The notes beneath the pieces are model-generated. The model searched no databases, had not been told where the DNA came from, and was given only the letters and a program-made list of their open reading frames with translations. From a virus: 53,660 nucleotides of DNA. Shown one piece after another: positions 24,838-34,671 of this stretch (position 1 is its first letter; every line of letters starts with the position of its first letter). The position numbers were made by a program, and so were the translations under genes. Where the stretch lies: positions 1-53,660 of IMG/VR virus record IMGVR_UViG_3300045988_124798. One strand, 5' to 3'.

Positions 24838-25451
24838 AAATCCACCTCCTTCGGTTTCTCGCACCGCTCAAATTCGATAACCCATACCCAAGGATTTGCG
24901 TCCCATCCGTAACGGTCAATGTCGGATTTCTTGATGGTACTGTCCCAAATTTTTTGAAATTCCATTCTTAATGCGTCATGGAAAGCGTCATCACTTATGT
25001 ATAAAATAGCGTCCTGTGGGGTTACAATGCCCTCTTTTTCAATATCAATACACCATCCTTCTCCGCATTTCTGCAACCGTTCCACCCTAACATCCGTTAC
25101 CTTTAGCCAGATACGAGCAGCTTCTTTCGGCATGTGAATTGATGGATGCCATATATGGCTATCATTTTTAAAGCCAATTTCCGCTATCTTATCTGCTCTA
25201 AAAACATACTGTTTATCTGAATTTAAGGAAATCGGATGTCCCCATGTTTCCCGAACATACAGAATGTCTCCCTGCTGGTACGGAGGTCTCTTTATTCCGC
25301 CGAGATACATAAATCCGATATCTCCGCTTTTTCCAACCGGTCTACCACTCATATTTTTCGGCAATTTGATAACTCTCCGAGTGCAGGTTTTCCTCCCATC
25401 CAGAATCGCTTGCACCATTTCTGTGTTAAATAAAATCGGTTTCACTGCCAT
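24828..25451 (-). CDS. ASCH/PUA-like domain protein (tentative)
   Basis: MAVKPILFNTEMVQAILDGRKTCTRRV is a typical ASCH N-terminus. RBS GGAGGA. Confidence 0.5.
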   Translation of the reverse strand: MAVKPILFNTEMVQAILDGRKTCTRRVIKLPKNMSGRPVGKSGDIGFMYLGGIKRPPYQQGDILYVRETWGHPISLNSDKQYVFRADKIAEIGFKNDSHIWHPSIHMPKEAARIWLKVTDVRVERLQKCGEGWCIDIEKEGIVTPQDAILYISDDAFHDALRMEFQKIWDSTIKKSDIDRYGWDANPWVWVIEFERCEKPKEVDLCD

Positions 25452-25453
25452 TT

Positions 25454-25639
25454 CTATTCCTCCTTGCAATTCGGGCAGAAATGTTCCCATTCTCCCTCAT
25501 CTTTGTCATAGTGCATTTTCCATCCGTTGTATTTAATACCACGTTGACATTCGTTAAAACTGTCATATTCATCCGAATATTCATAACAGCAGTCGCAGAC
25601 GGCATGGTATTTATTGGTTTCTTTGTTTTTCTCAATCAT
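25454..25639 (-). CDS. Small Cys-rich (zinc-ribbon-like) protein
   Basis: 61 aa, CDCC...C...CPNC. RBS AGGTGGAG. Confidence 0.45.
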   Translation of the reverse strand: MIEKNKETNKYHAVCDCCYEYSDEYDSFNECQRGIKYNGWKMHYDKDEGEWEHFCPNCKEE

Positions 25640-26118
25640 TTCTCCACCTGTCTTTCCAAGCAGTCCTTTAACGCAGCCATTACCGTGTAATCTAAAATAT
25701 TGATGTCCTGCGGCTTATGCTCTTTTCTATAGTTATACTTGAAAATCTCGCTTTCCAATGCACTTTGCAACTTGAGAGGCTCTAACGGATTGCTTATTTC
25801 ATTCAGATATTGCAACTCCATTCTTGCTTTGTATTCCCGCAGTTCTTCCAGTTCCTTTCGCAACAAAACAATCTCATCCGCAGCCTTTCCGAGCCAATCC
25901 ATACGTTCTCCATCCTCAAAACAATGGTCGTATGTTTTTTGGTAATATGGGCATTGCTCTTTACCTACCGAAACTGGATTTTCCATACACATAATAAGAT
26001 TTTCTCCAGATTCCCATCGCATCATATTTTCCGAATCCTCATAGCAGCATCCTTCTCCGTCTTGGCTGCCAAGGCAACGTAATGCCTTTGTTAAATCGTC
26101 CTCATATTTCTGTTTCAT
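25636..26118 (-). CDS. Hypothetical protein
   Basis: 160-aa ORF with RBS, coupled to its neighbours. Confidence 0.45.
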   Translation of the reverse strand: MKQKYEDDLTKALRCLGSQDGEGCCYEDSENMMRWESGENLIMCMENPVSVGKEQCPYYQKTYDHCFEDGERMDWLGKAADEIVLLRKELEELREYKARMELQYLNEISNPLEPLKLQSALESEIFKYNYRKEHKPQDINILDYTVMAALKDCLERQVEK

Positions 26119-27566
26119 TTCTCCACCCTCATTCTTTTCGCAATTTCATATATGACTGGCACCGTCACGCCGTTTCCTGCCTGTTTATACAACTGACTGT
26201 CACTGTTTATCAATTCAGCCCTATCGAAATATTCATCCGACCATCCTTGCAGCCGGAAACATTCTCTCGGTGTCAGTTTGCGGATAGCAATATAGCACTG
26301 ATATTTTTCGTACCAAACAGCATACACGGTAAGAACATCGGATATTTTTACAAACAAACCATCTTTTTCTTTGCCCTCTCTCACTTTAACAGCAAGCGAA
26401 TTATCTTTCTGGACGGTCGATAGGGTGTTAACTATCCCATCTTCTCTTATCTCGCTTTCAAGAAATTTATGTCTGGAAATATCGATTTTTCCTGCTTCAT
26501 AATCTTTCCGAATTTTCTTTCCGTATTCCGTCCTAACATTCCGCAAAATCCATGCAATTTCAATTCCGATTCCGTGTCTGTCCTGCCCTGTAAGCGTAAA
26601 CATCGGCTCTCCGTCGTCTTTAAACCTTCTGCCGTTCTGTCTTTTCTCTCTATCCGGAGTAAGTACAGGAACGCATACACCACTTGTTTCAGCTTTTCTG
26701 TTGCAAGCACCCTTGCTATATCTCGCTTGCAAACAAAACGCCTTATCATAGGTTTGTATTCCTGCACTTTTTGACATATCACAGAATACGGGGATTGGAA
26801 TACATGGTTCCAATCCACCGCCATCCATTTTAGAAAGTGTTGGAGAAATACCGTCCACACTATATACACGATAACGATTCGGATTGTCTCGTTTTTCGCT
26901 TTTTATATTTCCAATTTGTTTTATTTGAACACTATTTTCTCTGTCTGCTCTTTCGATAGGAAATACTTTTGCGGTACTTCTCCCTCTAAGATGTCCGATA
27001 ATGAAAACTCTTTCTCTGTTTTGTGGGACATAATCGGCAGAATTGATAACCTGCCATTCTGCATCGTACCCGCTTTCGTCCAGCGCAATGAGAAGTTTAA
27101 GGAAGTCCGCTCCCCCATTAACGCTAAGTAGGTTTTTAACGTTTTCAATGAATAAGTATGTGGGTCTATCCTTTTCTTCGAGGTCTTGCACAAGTCTGAT
27201 AACTCTGAAAAATAAGCTGCTTCTTGCTCCGTTAAAGCCAAGCTGTTTTCCGGCAACGCTGATGTCCTGACAGGGGAATCCGAAACAGAAACAGTCTGCT
27301 CTTGGAATTTCCTCGGCGAAAATCCGTCTAATGTCATTTGCATACCATTCTCCATGCCTGTACTCCTCCTTTCCTGCTTCCGTTACTCTTTTGTTTTTTG
27401 GCAACGTTCTTATGTACTCTCGCTCCTGTTCTGTCATAAGGTGCATGGCGGTGTAGCTTGCAACTGCAAATTTATCAAATTCACAGAATCCCACGCATTC
27501 ATGTCCTGCCAGCTCCATCCCTCTACGGAATCCGCCGATTCCAGAGAAGAAATCAATAAATTTCAT
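26115..27566 (-). CDS. DNA (cytosine-5)-methyltransferase with a very long variable region
   Basis: Motifs FSGIGGF (I), FPCQDIS (IV), ENVKNL (VI), QNRERVFIIG (VIII) and GNGVTVP (X). About 270 aa lie between VIII and X. Confidence 0.9.
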   Translation of the reverse strand: MKFIDFFSGIGGFRRGMELAGHECVGFCEFDKFAVASYTAMHLMTEQEREYIRTLPKNKRVTEAGKEEYRHGEWYANDIRRIFAEEIPRADCFCFGFPCQDISVAGKQLGFNGARSSLFFRVIRLVQDLEEKDRPTYLFIENVKNLLSVNGGADFLKLLIALDESGYDAEWQVINSADYVPQNRERVFIIGHLRGRSTAKVFPIERADRENSVQIKQIGNIKSEKRDNPNRYRVYSVDGISPTLSKMDGGGLEPCIPIPVFCDMSKSAGIQTYDKAFCLQARYSKGACNRKAETSGVCVPVLTPDREKRQNGRRFKDDGEPMFTLTGQDRHGIGIEIAWILRNVRTEYGKKIRKDYEAGKIDISRHKFLESEIREDGIVNTLSTVQKDNSLAVKVREGKEKDGLFVKISDVLTVYAVWYEKYQCYIAIRKLTPRECFRLQGWSDEYFDRAELINSDSQLYKQAGNGVTVPVIYEIAKRMRVEK

Positions 27567-27569
27567 GAA

Positions 27570-27878
27570 TCATCCCTTCTTATGCTCGTAAATTTCAATT
27601 CCTTTTCCTTTGGCGAAACCGTATTCTTGGTTTGCTCCTTTGCTGCTTTCCCATCCTTCCAGCATATAGATTGCATCACAAATATCGAGCAACTCAAAAG
27701 ACATTCTCATGTATTCCTCATGTGTCGCATCTTTCGGCATGATATCATTCAACCTCGCAGGATTTACCGTATCGTGTCCCATTGCAATCAGTTCCTTTTC
27801 TGCCTCAAGGAATCTTTCTCTGAAATCCTCTGTGCCAGTAATAGCACCGCTTATGTAAATTCTCAATTTATTCACCAC
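27570..27878 (-). CDS. DUF4406 / nucleoside 2-deoxyribosyltransferase-like protein
   Basis: 102 aa. IYISGAITG...VNP...CDAIYMLEGWESSKGANQEYGFAKGKG is the DUF4406 pattern. Confidence 0.6.
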   Translation of the reverse strand: MVNKLRIYISGAITGTEDFRERFLEAEKELIAMGHDTVNPARLNDIMPKDATHEEYMRMSFELLDICDAIYMLEGWESSKGANQEYGFAKGKGIEIYEHKKG

Positions 27879-28452
27879 CTTTCATCAACTCCATAAATTT
27901 CTCATACTGCCGTTCTGAAATCTTATTACCCCTCTTATCCGCTCTGATTTCGATTGTGAGGTGTTTTTCGGCAATATGTGATAATTCCTTCGCAAGATTT
28001 TTTCTGCCCTGCTCCAAGCCGTCACGATAGCCCTTCGCCGCTTTGTATTCCGCAATCTGCGATTTTCCCTCGCCCTGCGAACCGCTTGTCTTGTTTCGCA
28101 ACTGATAACCGCCATCGGCGTATTTCTTTATCCAGTTCTGTTCGGCTTCGTCCAGTTCGGTATCTTTGTAGAGCAGAAATCCGATTTTCCATCCGTACTG
28201 ATTTGTTTCGGCATCGTATAAGCCATGTTTTTTCAACGATAAGTCGATATGCTGATACCCTACAAGGTGTTGTGCAAGCCTTGTCAAAATATGTACCGCT
28301 TGCCCGATATATGCGTATTTGAATCCGTTTTCGTCAATTCTCGTGAGGAAGTAAATACCGCTGTCCTCATTCAGTTTTGGATTGACTTTCAGCAAGCGTT
28401 CCTTGTTTTTCTTCTCGATAGCCTTCGCTTTCTTGAATTTCTGATAGTCCAT
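27868..28452 (-). CDS. GIY-YIG nuclease (free-standing homing-endonuclease-like)
   Basis: GIYFLTR...YAYIGQA...RLAQH...E..WIKKY...GYQLRN. Preceded by a 111-nt ORF-free gap. Confidence 0.65.
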   Translation of the reverse strand: MDYQKFKKAKAIEKKNKERLLKVNPKLNEDSGIYFLTRIDENGFKYAYIGQAVHILTRLAQHLVGYQHIDLSLKKHGLYDAETNQYGWKIGFLLYKDTELDEAEQNWIKKYADGGYQLRNKTSGSQGEGKSQIAEYKAAKGYRDGLEQGRKNLAKELSHIAEKHLTIEIRADKRGNKISERQYEKFMELMKGGE

Positions 28453-28563
28453 CTTTCAACCCCCTTAGAAGTGCCTCTCCATTTATTTTTACAAAATAAT
28501 GATTTCGCATAACAAGCATTTCATCTTCTGTTTTTATATTTTTCAAATTCCATCCACCTCCAA

Positions 28564-28986
28564 TCAGAACGGCAAATCATCATCAGAAATGCTTTCGTTC
28601 ACAGGATAAAATCCGTTTCCGCTATCCTGTGGCATTTCATTTTTGCCTTGCTGTTGCGTGTTTCCGTTTGCAGATTTTTTCTCCATAAACTCAAAGGATT
28701 TGACAAGGAAAGAAACCTGTCTGACCTTGTTCCCCTCCCTGTTTGTGTATTCATCCTCTTTGGCTTCGCACTCAACCGCAATTTTCGTACCCTTCTTTAC
28801 AAACTTCTCCATCGTTTCTGCCGTTTTGCCGAAAGCTGTTATGTTGAAAAAATACGTTTTCTTCTTTTCGCCGTATCCAGATTCTACGGCAAGGCTCGTG
28901 TTCCCGACTGCCAACGGATTTGCGCTTTGCGTATACCGCAGTTCTATGTCCCTTGTGGTTCGCCCGATGAAAATGCACTTATTCAT
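28564..28986 (-). CDS. ssb: Single-stranded DNA-binding protein
   Basis: OB-fold N-terminus (MNKCIFIGRTTRDIELRYT...) and acidic tail ending DDDLPF. Confidence 0.9.
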   Translation of the reverse strand: MNKCIFIGRTTRDIELRYTQSANPLAVGNTSLAVESGYGEKKKTYFFNITAFGKTAETMEKFVKKGTKIAVECEAKEDEYTNREGNKVRQVSFLVKSFEFMEKKSANGNTQQQGKNEMPQDSGNGFYPVNESISDDDLPF

Positions 28987-29230
28987 AATTTCCTCTCTTT
29001 CTTTCCGCTCTGCGCTTTTGCAGATAATCTTTTCTCCTATAATCTGCTTGCCGTTCTATGTATACCTTCTTTTGAATCTCCCTTTTGTTTTTCTTATGAT
29101 TTTCGCTCCAAGCGCCAAATTTTTCGCAGGAAGGATGACATTCGGCAGTCCTTTCTTCGCACTGATAGCAAGGACAAATGCCATCCTTTCCTTTAATGTC
29201 TGCGTTCAAACAAAAACAAACCTTACCCAT
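28979..29230 (-). CDS. Small Cys-rich basic protein
   Basis: 83 aa, C.C....C.C..C....C...C followed by a K/R-rich tail. Confidence 0.4.
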   Translation of the reverse strand: MGKVCFCLNADIKGKDGICPCYQCEERTAECHPSCEKFGAWSENHKKNKREIQKKVYIERQADYRRKDYLQKRRAERKRGNYE

Positions 29231-29942
29231 TCCTTAACCACCACCCATCATTACGTTCTGCAACGTACACATTCGCCGCAGGACACGCTTTTTTCATGCG
29301 CTCGATGAATTTATCGGAATCGGCATTATCGGCTGACAAATGGCACATTATGACATTGTGCAAGTTGTCCGAATTATTCGCCTTTACAAACTCGCAAGCT
29401 GTATCAATCTCCAAGTGACCTCCGAAAATATGATTCTTTTTCCCTTCGTTATCGGGATAAATCATATCCTTGTCATAATTCACGCCAAGGAGAATGTGGT
29501 TGATATTTTTGAACCGCCATTTGACAACGGCTGCATCCGTTATATAAATCATTCTCCCCATTTCCTTGTTTTCAATAAGGAAACCATAACAAGGGCATTC
29601 CGTTCCGTCTGCATCTGTGTGTGTCCATCTGCCATCAATCGTTGTAAGGTCAAATGCCTGTATTTTGAATCCAGAATACTTTTTTACAAAAGTTTCTGTA
29701 TTTTCATACGGCTTGAAAACAGGTATCCCCATTCGTTCAAAATCCTTGACCGATTTTGAGTGGTCGGCGTGTTTATGCGTAACAATTGCACCGATAACAT
29801 CGGAAATTTTCCACCCGATTCCCTTCTTAATCTTCTTTTCGTTCTCCCCCAAGTCCAAAAGAAGAATCTCTCCTGTGTCTGCAATTAGTGCATGGCAATT
29901 TCCGCTTGAACCTGTTGCTATCGTTTTTAACAGCACTTTCAC
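29223..29942 (-). CDS. MBL-fold metallo-hydrolase
   Basis: THKHADH (HxHxDH) motif. GTG start after AGGAGG. Typical partner of phage recombination modules. Confidence 0.75.
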   Translation of the reverse strand: MKVLLKTIATGSSGNCHALIADTGEILLLDLGENEKKIKKGIGWKISDVIGAIVTHKHADHSKSVKDFERMGIPVFKPYENTETFVKKYSGFKIQAFDLTTIDGRWTHTDADGTECPCYGFLIENKEMGRMIYITDAAVVKWRFKNINHILLGVNYDKDMIYPDNEGKKNHIFGGHLEIDTACEFVKANNSDNLHNVIMCHLSADNADSDKFIERMKKACPAANVYVAERNDGWWLRNG

Positions 29943-30007
29943 ACCTCCTAACGATTATTCAATCCCATCAACATGGTATCTTCCTATTGCAATACATTTT
30001 AATTTCG

Positions 30008-30373
30008 TCAAGAACAACCTCCACAACATCCATGTCTCACGCAAGAATTAAAAACAAAATCTATTTCTATTGCATACTGACGGTATTGTTCCGGCAATTT
30101 GTTTAAGTATATTTCCCATTCTCCTGAGTGTGAGCAATATTCTTTATCTATCCATCCGCCAGAGTGCCAAAACGAATCATAATTAGAATCATTAAATTTT
30201 GATGTTTTCAAACAATAATCCTTATAATCATGACCGAATTTAACTATTTCGCCGTCAATTTTTAAAGTCAATACCCCTCTGCATAAATTAGGGAAAGAAC
30301 CTGTATAATTGACAAATTCAACATGTTCTGTTTTTGAGATATACTCTGTATTTGTATCGGCTATCATCATCAC
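30008..30373 (-). CDS. Hypothetical protein (C-terminal HGCCGGCS)
   Basis: 121-aa ORF. Confidence 0.4.
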   Translation of the reverse strand: MMMIADTNTEYISKTEHVEFVNYTGSFPNLCRGVLTLKIDGEIVKFGHDYKDYCLKTSKFNDSNYDSFWHSGGWIDKEYCSHSGEWEIYLNKLPEQYRQYAIEIDFVFNSCVRHGCCGGCS

Positions 30374-30651
30374 ACCTCGCTATCCTGCGGAAATCGAAAT
30401 ACTTTGGGATAATCAAAGGCGAAATAAAACGTTTTGCCTCTCACTACTCTGTAGCCCCCGTATTCTGCCCTCAACTCTTCCATAGCCTTTTCGGCTTTTT
30501 CTTCTGTGGAATATTCTCCCATCACGCAAAATAGTCTATCGGCATTTGTCAGCGGCTTTGCGATAACTTGTCCCCTGTTTATTGCGTGTGTCGATATTGC
30601 AACAAGTTCATACGGCAAATCAAATCTTCCATCCTGACTAATAATTCTCAT
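30370..30651 (-). CDS. Hypothetical protein, paralog of the 46504-46734 product
   Basis: Both start MRI(I/L)SQD(G/R) and share G(E/K)Y(S/R)..E.A...(L/M)E...A.Y and F(R)(F/M)P. Confidence 0.45.
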   Translation of the reverse strand: MRIISQDGRFDLPYELVAISTHAINRGQVIAKPLTNADRLFCVMGEYSTEEKAEKAMEELRAEYGGYRVVRGKTFYFAFDYPKVFRFPQDSEV

Positions 30652-30655
30652 ATTT

Positions 30656-30844
30656 TTACCCCCTAACCAAAAGCCAAATTGCGCTCGCTATCGTAAGAAC
30701 AGGAGCAACAACAATGCAAACGAAAGCAGACAACGCAGAAGGTTTGTTTTCCAGAACATAATAAGATAAATCCCTATTCATACCTTTTTTCTGATTTCTA
30801 ATGTATAACCAAACAGCCCTACCAGATGCAAGGATGAAAATCAT
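30656..30844 (-). CDS. Small membrane protein
   Basis: 62 aa with two hydrophobic segments. Confidence 0.35.
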   Translation of the reverse strand: MIFILASGRAVWLYIRNQKKGMNRDLSYYVLENKPSALSAFVCIVVAPVLTIASAIWLLVRG

Positions 30845-30880
30845 CCAGACGGCAATCGTTACTTTTATAAGAATCGCTGT

Positions 30881-31879
30881 TTACACCTCCTGCACGATTT
30901 CCCCATCAATGATGTTTTCCTCGTCAAAATCAACAGAATTTGCACTTTCCGCAACATCATCCTGTGTCTGACGGTATGTATCATCCAATTCAATTTGTGC
31001 TTGTCTTGCCATCTGGTCATAATTTTTTGGGTATTTCCTTGTTGCGTTGTTGCACATTTTCCGCTGAATCATGCTCTCTGGCATATCCAGCCATGCACCG
31101 CTGATAAATTGTCTGGCAATTTCACATTCCAACATATCATCAACCGTAGCGCACGCTCTCAATGCGTTCAGAATTTCATCCTTCTTCTCCTTGATTTTCT
31201 TCTTCTCCGCGTCCGTAGCCTTGTATCGGTCGGCGCAAATACCGAATGTAGCGTTCATCATATTCTGTTTAACGTGTGCCAACAAATTGACCTTGACACT
31301 TGCCCTGTCTGCTGTCAGATACGTTACTGTGCCATCCGTCAGTTTGACTGGATAAACAACCCGAACCGCTTTATCGGATAATCCGTTTTCTTCCCATTCC
31401 GGCGGTGTCAGTTCCAAACCTCTGTGTTTGGGCGGAATGTATGTATCCCCCTCCTTGACTACCCAATATGGATAAACCTGTGCAACATCCTTGCCGTAAT
31501 GAGAAAGAAGGGAATCATATCCTGCACCCTCGATACCCATTTCAACAACCTTTACCCACTCGTTCCCACGCTTTACATTTCTAAGCTGGAAATAACATTC
31601 TCTCGGATATGCCGCAGGGTTCAATTTCAGCCCTGCACAATTTTCAACGATGCCCCTCAAGTTGCTTTTGTCGAGAGAGTTCATGTTCGCTTTTCCGTCA
31701 TTCCTCACAAGGTTGTAAATGCTGCCGACTGCCTCCATAGCGCATTTTCTGGAATATTCATCAAAAACAACGCCGCAAGCATCATAGTCTTTTGTAATCA
31801 ATCCTGTAATTTCATTCGACCACTGACTTAATGCTGTTGTAAATTCCTTCTTTTCTGCCAACTGTGTATTTTCAGCCAT
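30881..31879 (-). CDS. RecT-like single-strand annealing protein (tentative)
   Basis: 332 aa with an acidic C-terminus. Sits between the SbcC-like ATPase and the MBL/SSB genes. Confidence 0.5.
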   Translation of the reverse strand: MAENTQLAEKKEFTTALSQWSNEITGLITKDYDACGVVFDEYSRKCAMEAVGSIYNLVRNDGKANMNSLDKSNLRGIVENCAGLKLNPAAYPRECYFQLRNVKRGNEWVKVVEMGIEGAGYDSLLSHYGKDVAQVYPYWVVKEGDTYIPPKHRGLELTPPEWEENGLSDKAVRVVYPVKLTDGTVTYLTADRASVKVNLLAHVKQNMMNATFGICADRYKATDAEKKKIKEKKDEILNALRACATVDDMLECEIARQFISGAWLDMPESMIQRKMCNNATRKYPKNYDQMARQAQIELDDTYRQTQDDVAESANSVDFDEENIIDGEIVQEV

Positions 31880-31881
31880 AA

Positions 31882-32340
31882 TTATTCCTCCTCTAACGGT
31901 CTATTCCAACATTCTACGCATCCTTCCGATTGGTCTGGTCTGCTTCTCCATATCGGGCAGACGTTACATGCATATGTTCTACAGATTCTATCCTTGCATT
32001 TCAGAAACTCCAACGCTGTCATTTCAGACATGCTGCATCGCTCCTCACATGCTTCATATGTCTGCTCGAAAATGTCTGGTTTACAGGGGTAAAGCTCTCC
32101 CTTCACTCCGCGAATCACATAGTCCCCAACACTCACATGATGCGTTCCCTCTAATGTATCAATATAGAGTTCATCTCCATCTACACTATCAAATTGAATG
32201 GTACTATAATACATAATGCCATTTTCAAAGGCATTTACAGCCCAATCGGGGACATAATATTTACCATCGGAACCTTTTAAATCTCCATCGTATTTGAACG
32301 CTTCAATTGCAACGGGCTTCTTTCTGTATTTCATAACCAT
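31882..32340 (-). CDS. Hypothetical protein
   Basis: 152 aa. KYRKKPVAIEAF...GDYVIRGVKGELYPCKPDIFEQTYE is a common phage family of unknown function. Confidence 0.45.
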   Translation of the reverse strand: MVMKYRKKPVAIEAFKYDGDLKGSDGKYYVPDWAVNAFENGIMYYSTIQFDSVDGDELYIDTLEGTHHVSVGDYVIRGVKGELYPCKPDIFEQTYEACEERCSMSEMTALEFLKCKDRICRTYACNVCPIWRSRPDQSEGCVECWNRPLEEE

Positions 32341-34268
32341 TCCTCCACCTTACATACTTTCAAAGTTTCATCATCCGTTCTGCGAATAACAATTAACTGG
32401 CGGCTTACATCTGGAATCCTGTTTTCGTCCAAGGATTCTGTATCATCAATCCAAATCGTCAGTTTGATTCCGTTCATGTCCTGCAATCCTTTTAATAGGA
32501 AGATTTCCGCAAGGATTCTGTCTCCGTGGTTCAATCCGTTAAAATAATCAACGCCATTCACATTGATTCTCAGCGTTTCTTTAATATCTCCGCTCAATGT
32601 TTCTTCGCTCATTTTGATTTTGATAAACTCAAATCTACTGTTTACCATATTTTCCAGAGCCGCATTTTTGGCAATGCTGAAATCCTGCAACATATCAATC
32701 CGACGTTCAACGTCTGCCGTTTTCTGCGCCTGCTGCTTAACGGATTCCTTCAACAATTCAATTCGTTTTTCTGTATTTTCGGTATCTCTGATAATAGCTT
32801 TGATTTCAGATTCTTTCTGAGAAAGGTCAGCCTTATAGTTGCTGATTCTCTCCGTTACTTGCCGCCATAAATCGGTTGATTCAAAAAGTTTAGAGGATTC
32901 TTCCTCTGCTTCTTTGAGCCGTTTTTCAAGCGTTTTATATTCTTCCGTTTTCTCAAAGCCGATAGAAAGCAATTTTTCAAATTCAATCTCCAAAGACTTT
33001 CTTGTTTCTCTTTTATCAAAAACCTTTTCAGCCCATTCATTTGATTTTTTATTAAAATCTAAATATGTATCAGTTTCTGCTTTGATTGCGGATTCAAGAA
33101 TATCAACCTTGTCTTTAAGTTCACATAAAGCATCTTCTTTTTCCTTGTATAATTTTTCTTTTACAACCTCTATTTCTTCTGAATTGAACCCCCTGCCGCA
33201 TTTCGGGCAAACATAATCATCGCCGTACCGCAACCCGTCCACGATAGAATGGGAGTCTTTCAATACAGTGAATTTCGATTTTAAGGAAGAAATTTTCCCA
33301 AAAACTTTCTCGGCTGATTCATTGTACTTTGTAACTTTTCCAGAAAAGTTATCAATATCCGCATCGATAGCCACTATAGTTTTTTTCAGAGTTTCGACTT
33401 TCTCGTTTTTGGCTTTCTTTTGCTCGTCCTCAATGGCTGACATCTTCTTTTTCAAGTCATCAACCAGACCGACAAGATATGTATATCTGTCTATGGAAAT
33501 ATTCAGCGTTTCTTTCAGATTCTCCATACTATCAATATTTCCGATAATAGTCGCTTTCTCGGATTCCAATTTCTGCAAATCAGAATCATCCGACCTGTCA
33601 AGTCTGCGCTGCTCGTAGTCCAATTCAACATTCAGCCTGTCCAGTTCTCCGTTTTCGACAGAAAGGCGTTTTTTCAGTTGCTTCAATACGTCCTCCGTTT
33701 TCTTTCCTGCGGTCATTTCGTAAATGCTCTGGTATTCTGCATTTTCCTTGCAAAAACGCTCCACATCGAACCCAGAAAGGCTCTCAACGGCTTGTCTGGC
33801 ATCCGCAGTCGATTTTTTCAAGGTCGACAAAAATACAGACGCATTGGAACACATTGCAATCGTTTCTGGCGGTGCGATACCAGACAAGAAATCATTGACT
33901 TCCGCTGCTTTCGCAGATACGCCATCAAGAATATAAACAGTTTCATTTCCGATAAAAACGCCCTTGCGATACTTTCTTTTAGTCACTTTTCTAATTTCGT
34001 GTTCAATTTCGTTTATTTCCAAAGTAACCGCTCTTTCGATTTCCTTTACAGGCTTTTCCTCGCCGTTTTCATCCACAGGACAAATATTAGTCGGTGCTGC
34101 ACCATTCGCAAATTTCCCCGTCATAACGTCAAAATAGGCGTTCATCAGTGTTGATTTTCCGCATCTGTTTTTACCTCTGATTTCCGTTTTCTCGGAAAAG
34201 TCAACCTCCACATTTTCAGCACCCATGTAATTTTTGAGGCTGATTTTTTTCAATAACACTTCCGTCAA
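32331..34268 (-). CDS. SbcC/Rad50-like AAA ATPase
   Basis: Walker A GKNRCGKST, long coiled coils with a central CPKCG hook-like CxxC, and a C-terminal IWIDDTESLD (Walker B/D-loop). Confidence 0.75.
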   Translation of the reverse strand: MTEVLLKKISLKNYMGAENVEVDFSEKTEIRGKNRCGKSTLMNAYFDVMTGKFANGAAPTNICPVDENGEEKPVKEIERAVTLEINEIEHEIRKVTKRKYRKGVFIGNETVYILDGVSAKAAEVNDFLSGIAPPETIAMCSNASVFLSTLKKSTADARQAVESLSGFDVERFCKENAEYQSIYEMTAGKKTEDVLKQLKKRLSVENGELDRLNVELDYEQRRLDRSDDSDLQKLESEKATIIGNIDSMENLKETLNISIDRYTYLVGLVDDLKKKMSAIEDEQKKAKNEKVETLKKTIVAIDADIDNFSGKVTKYNESAEKVFGKISSLKSKFTVLKDSHSIVDGLRYGDDYVCPKCGRGFNSEEIEVVKEKLYKEKEDALCELKDKVDILESAIKAETDTYLDFNKKSNEWAEKVFDKRETRKSLEIEFEKLLSIGFEKTEEYKTLEKRLKEAEEESSKLFESTDLWRQVTERISNYKADLSQKESEIKAIIRDTENTEKRIELLKESVKQQAQKTADVERRIDMLQDFSIAKNAALENMVNSRFEFIKIKMSEETLSGDIKETLRINVNGVDYFNGLNHGDRILAEIFLLKGLQDMNGIKLTIWIDDTESLDENRIPDVSRQLIVIRRTDDETLKVCKVEEWL

Positions 34269-34447
34269 TCACTCCACATCCTTTCTATACATTCGCTACA
34301 GCCAACGATTTCTCCGTCATCCCTTTTATAAAGGTATTCATATTGCGTTTCTTGGCAGTGCGGACATTCTTCCTGCTCTTTTTCGCAGTATCCGCAGCTG
34401 TCACATTCATTCTTTATCCCTATCCTGCATGGGTAAGCCATCATCAA
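34265..34447 (-). CDS. Small Cys-rich protein
   Basis: 60 aa, C...C..C....C..C........C..C. Confidence 0.4.
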   Translation of the reverse strand: MMMAYPCRIGIKNECDSCGYCEKEQEECPHCQETQYEYLYKRDDGEIVGCSECIERMWSD

Positions 34448-34586
34448 CTCCCCCTAACATAGACAAAATTTCTCTCGAACTGATGTATGTAGACGCTTTC
34501 AGATAGGCAACAGTTGCCTTAACCCTGCCGTTCATTTCCCATAATTCCTGTAAATCGTTTTCTGGTGTTAAAGTCATTTTTCCCAT
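34407..34586 (-). CDS. Possible small ORF (59 aa)
   Basis: MGKMTLTPENDLQELWEMNGRVKATVAYLKAS.... Overlaps the next ORF by 41 nt. Below the track cutoff. Confidence 0.3.
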   Translation of the reverse strand: MGKMTLTPENDLQELWEMNGRVKATVAYLKASTYISSREILSMLGGVDDGLPMQDRDKE

Positions 34587-34671
34587 TGATTTTTCCCTCG
34601 CTTTCTGGTATCTTGGTTGCGTGTATTATTTCCTTTGTCCCCAGAGGTGCGCCAACACCAAAGGGGATATT

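Noticed and set aside
28643-29308. 221-aa and 182-aa plus-strand ORFs over the ssb region
   Set aside because: They are antisense to ssb and the Cys-rich ORF. The translations are Phe/Leu/Ser-rich nonsense, and all surrounding genes are on the minus strand.
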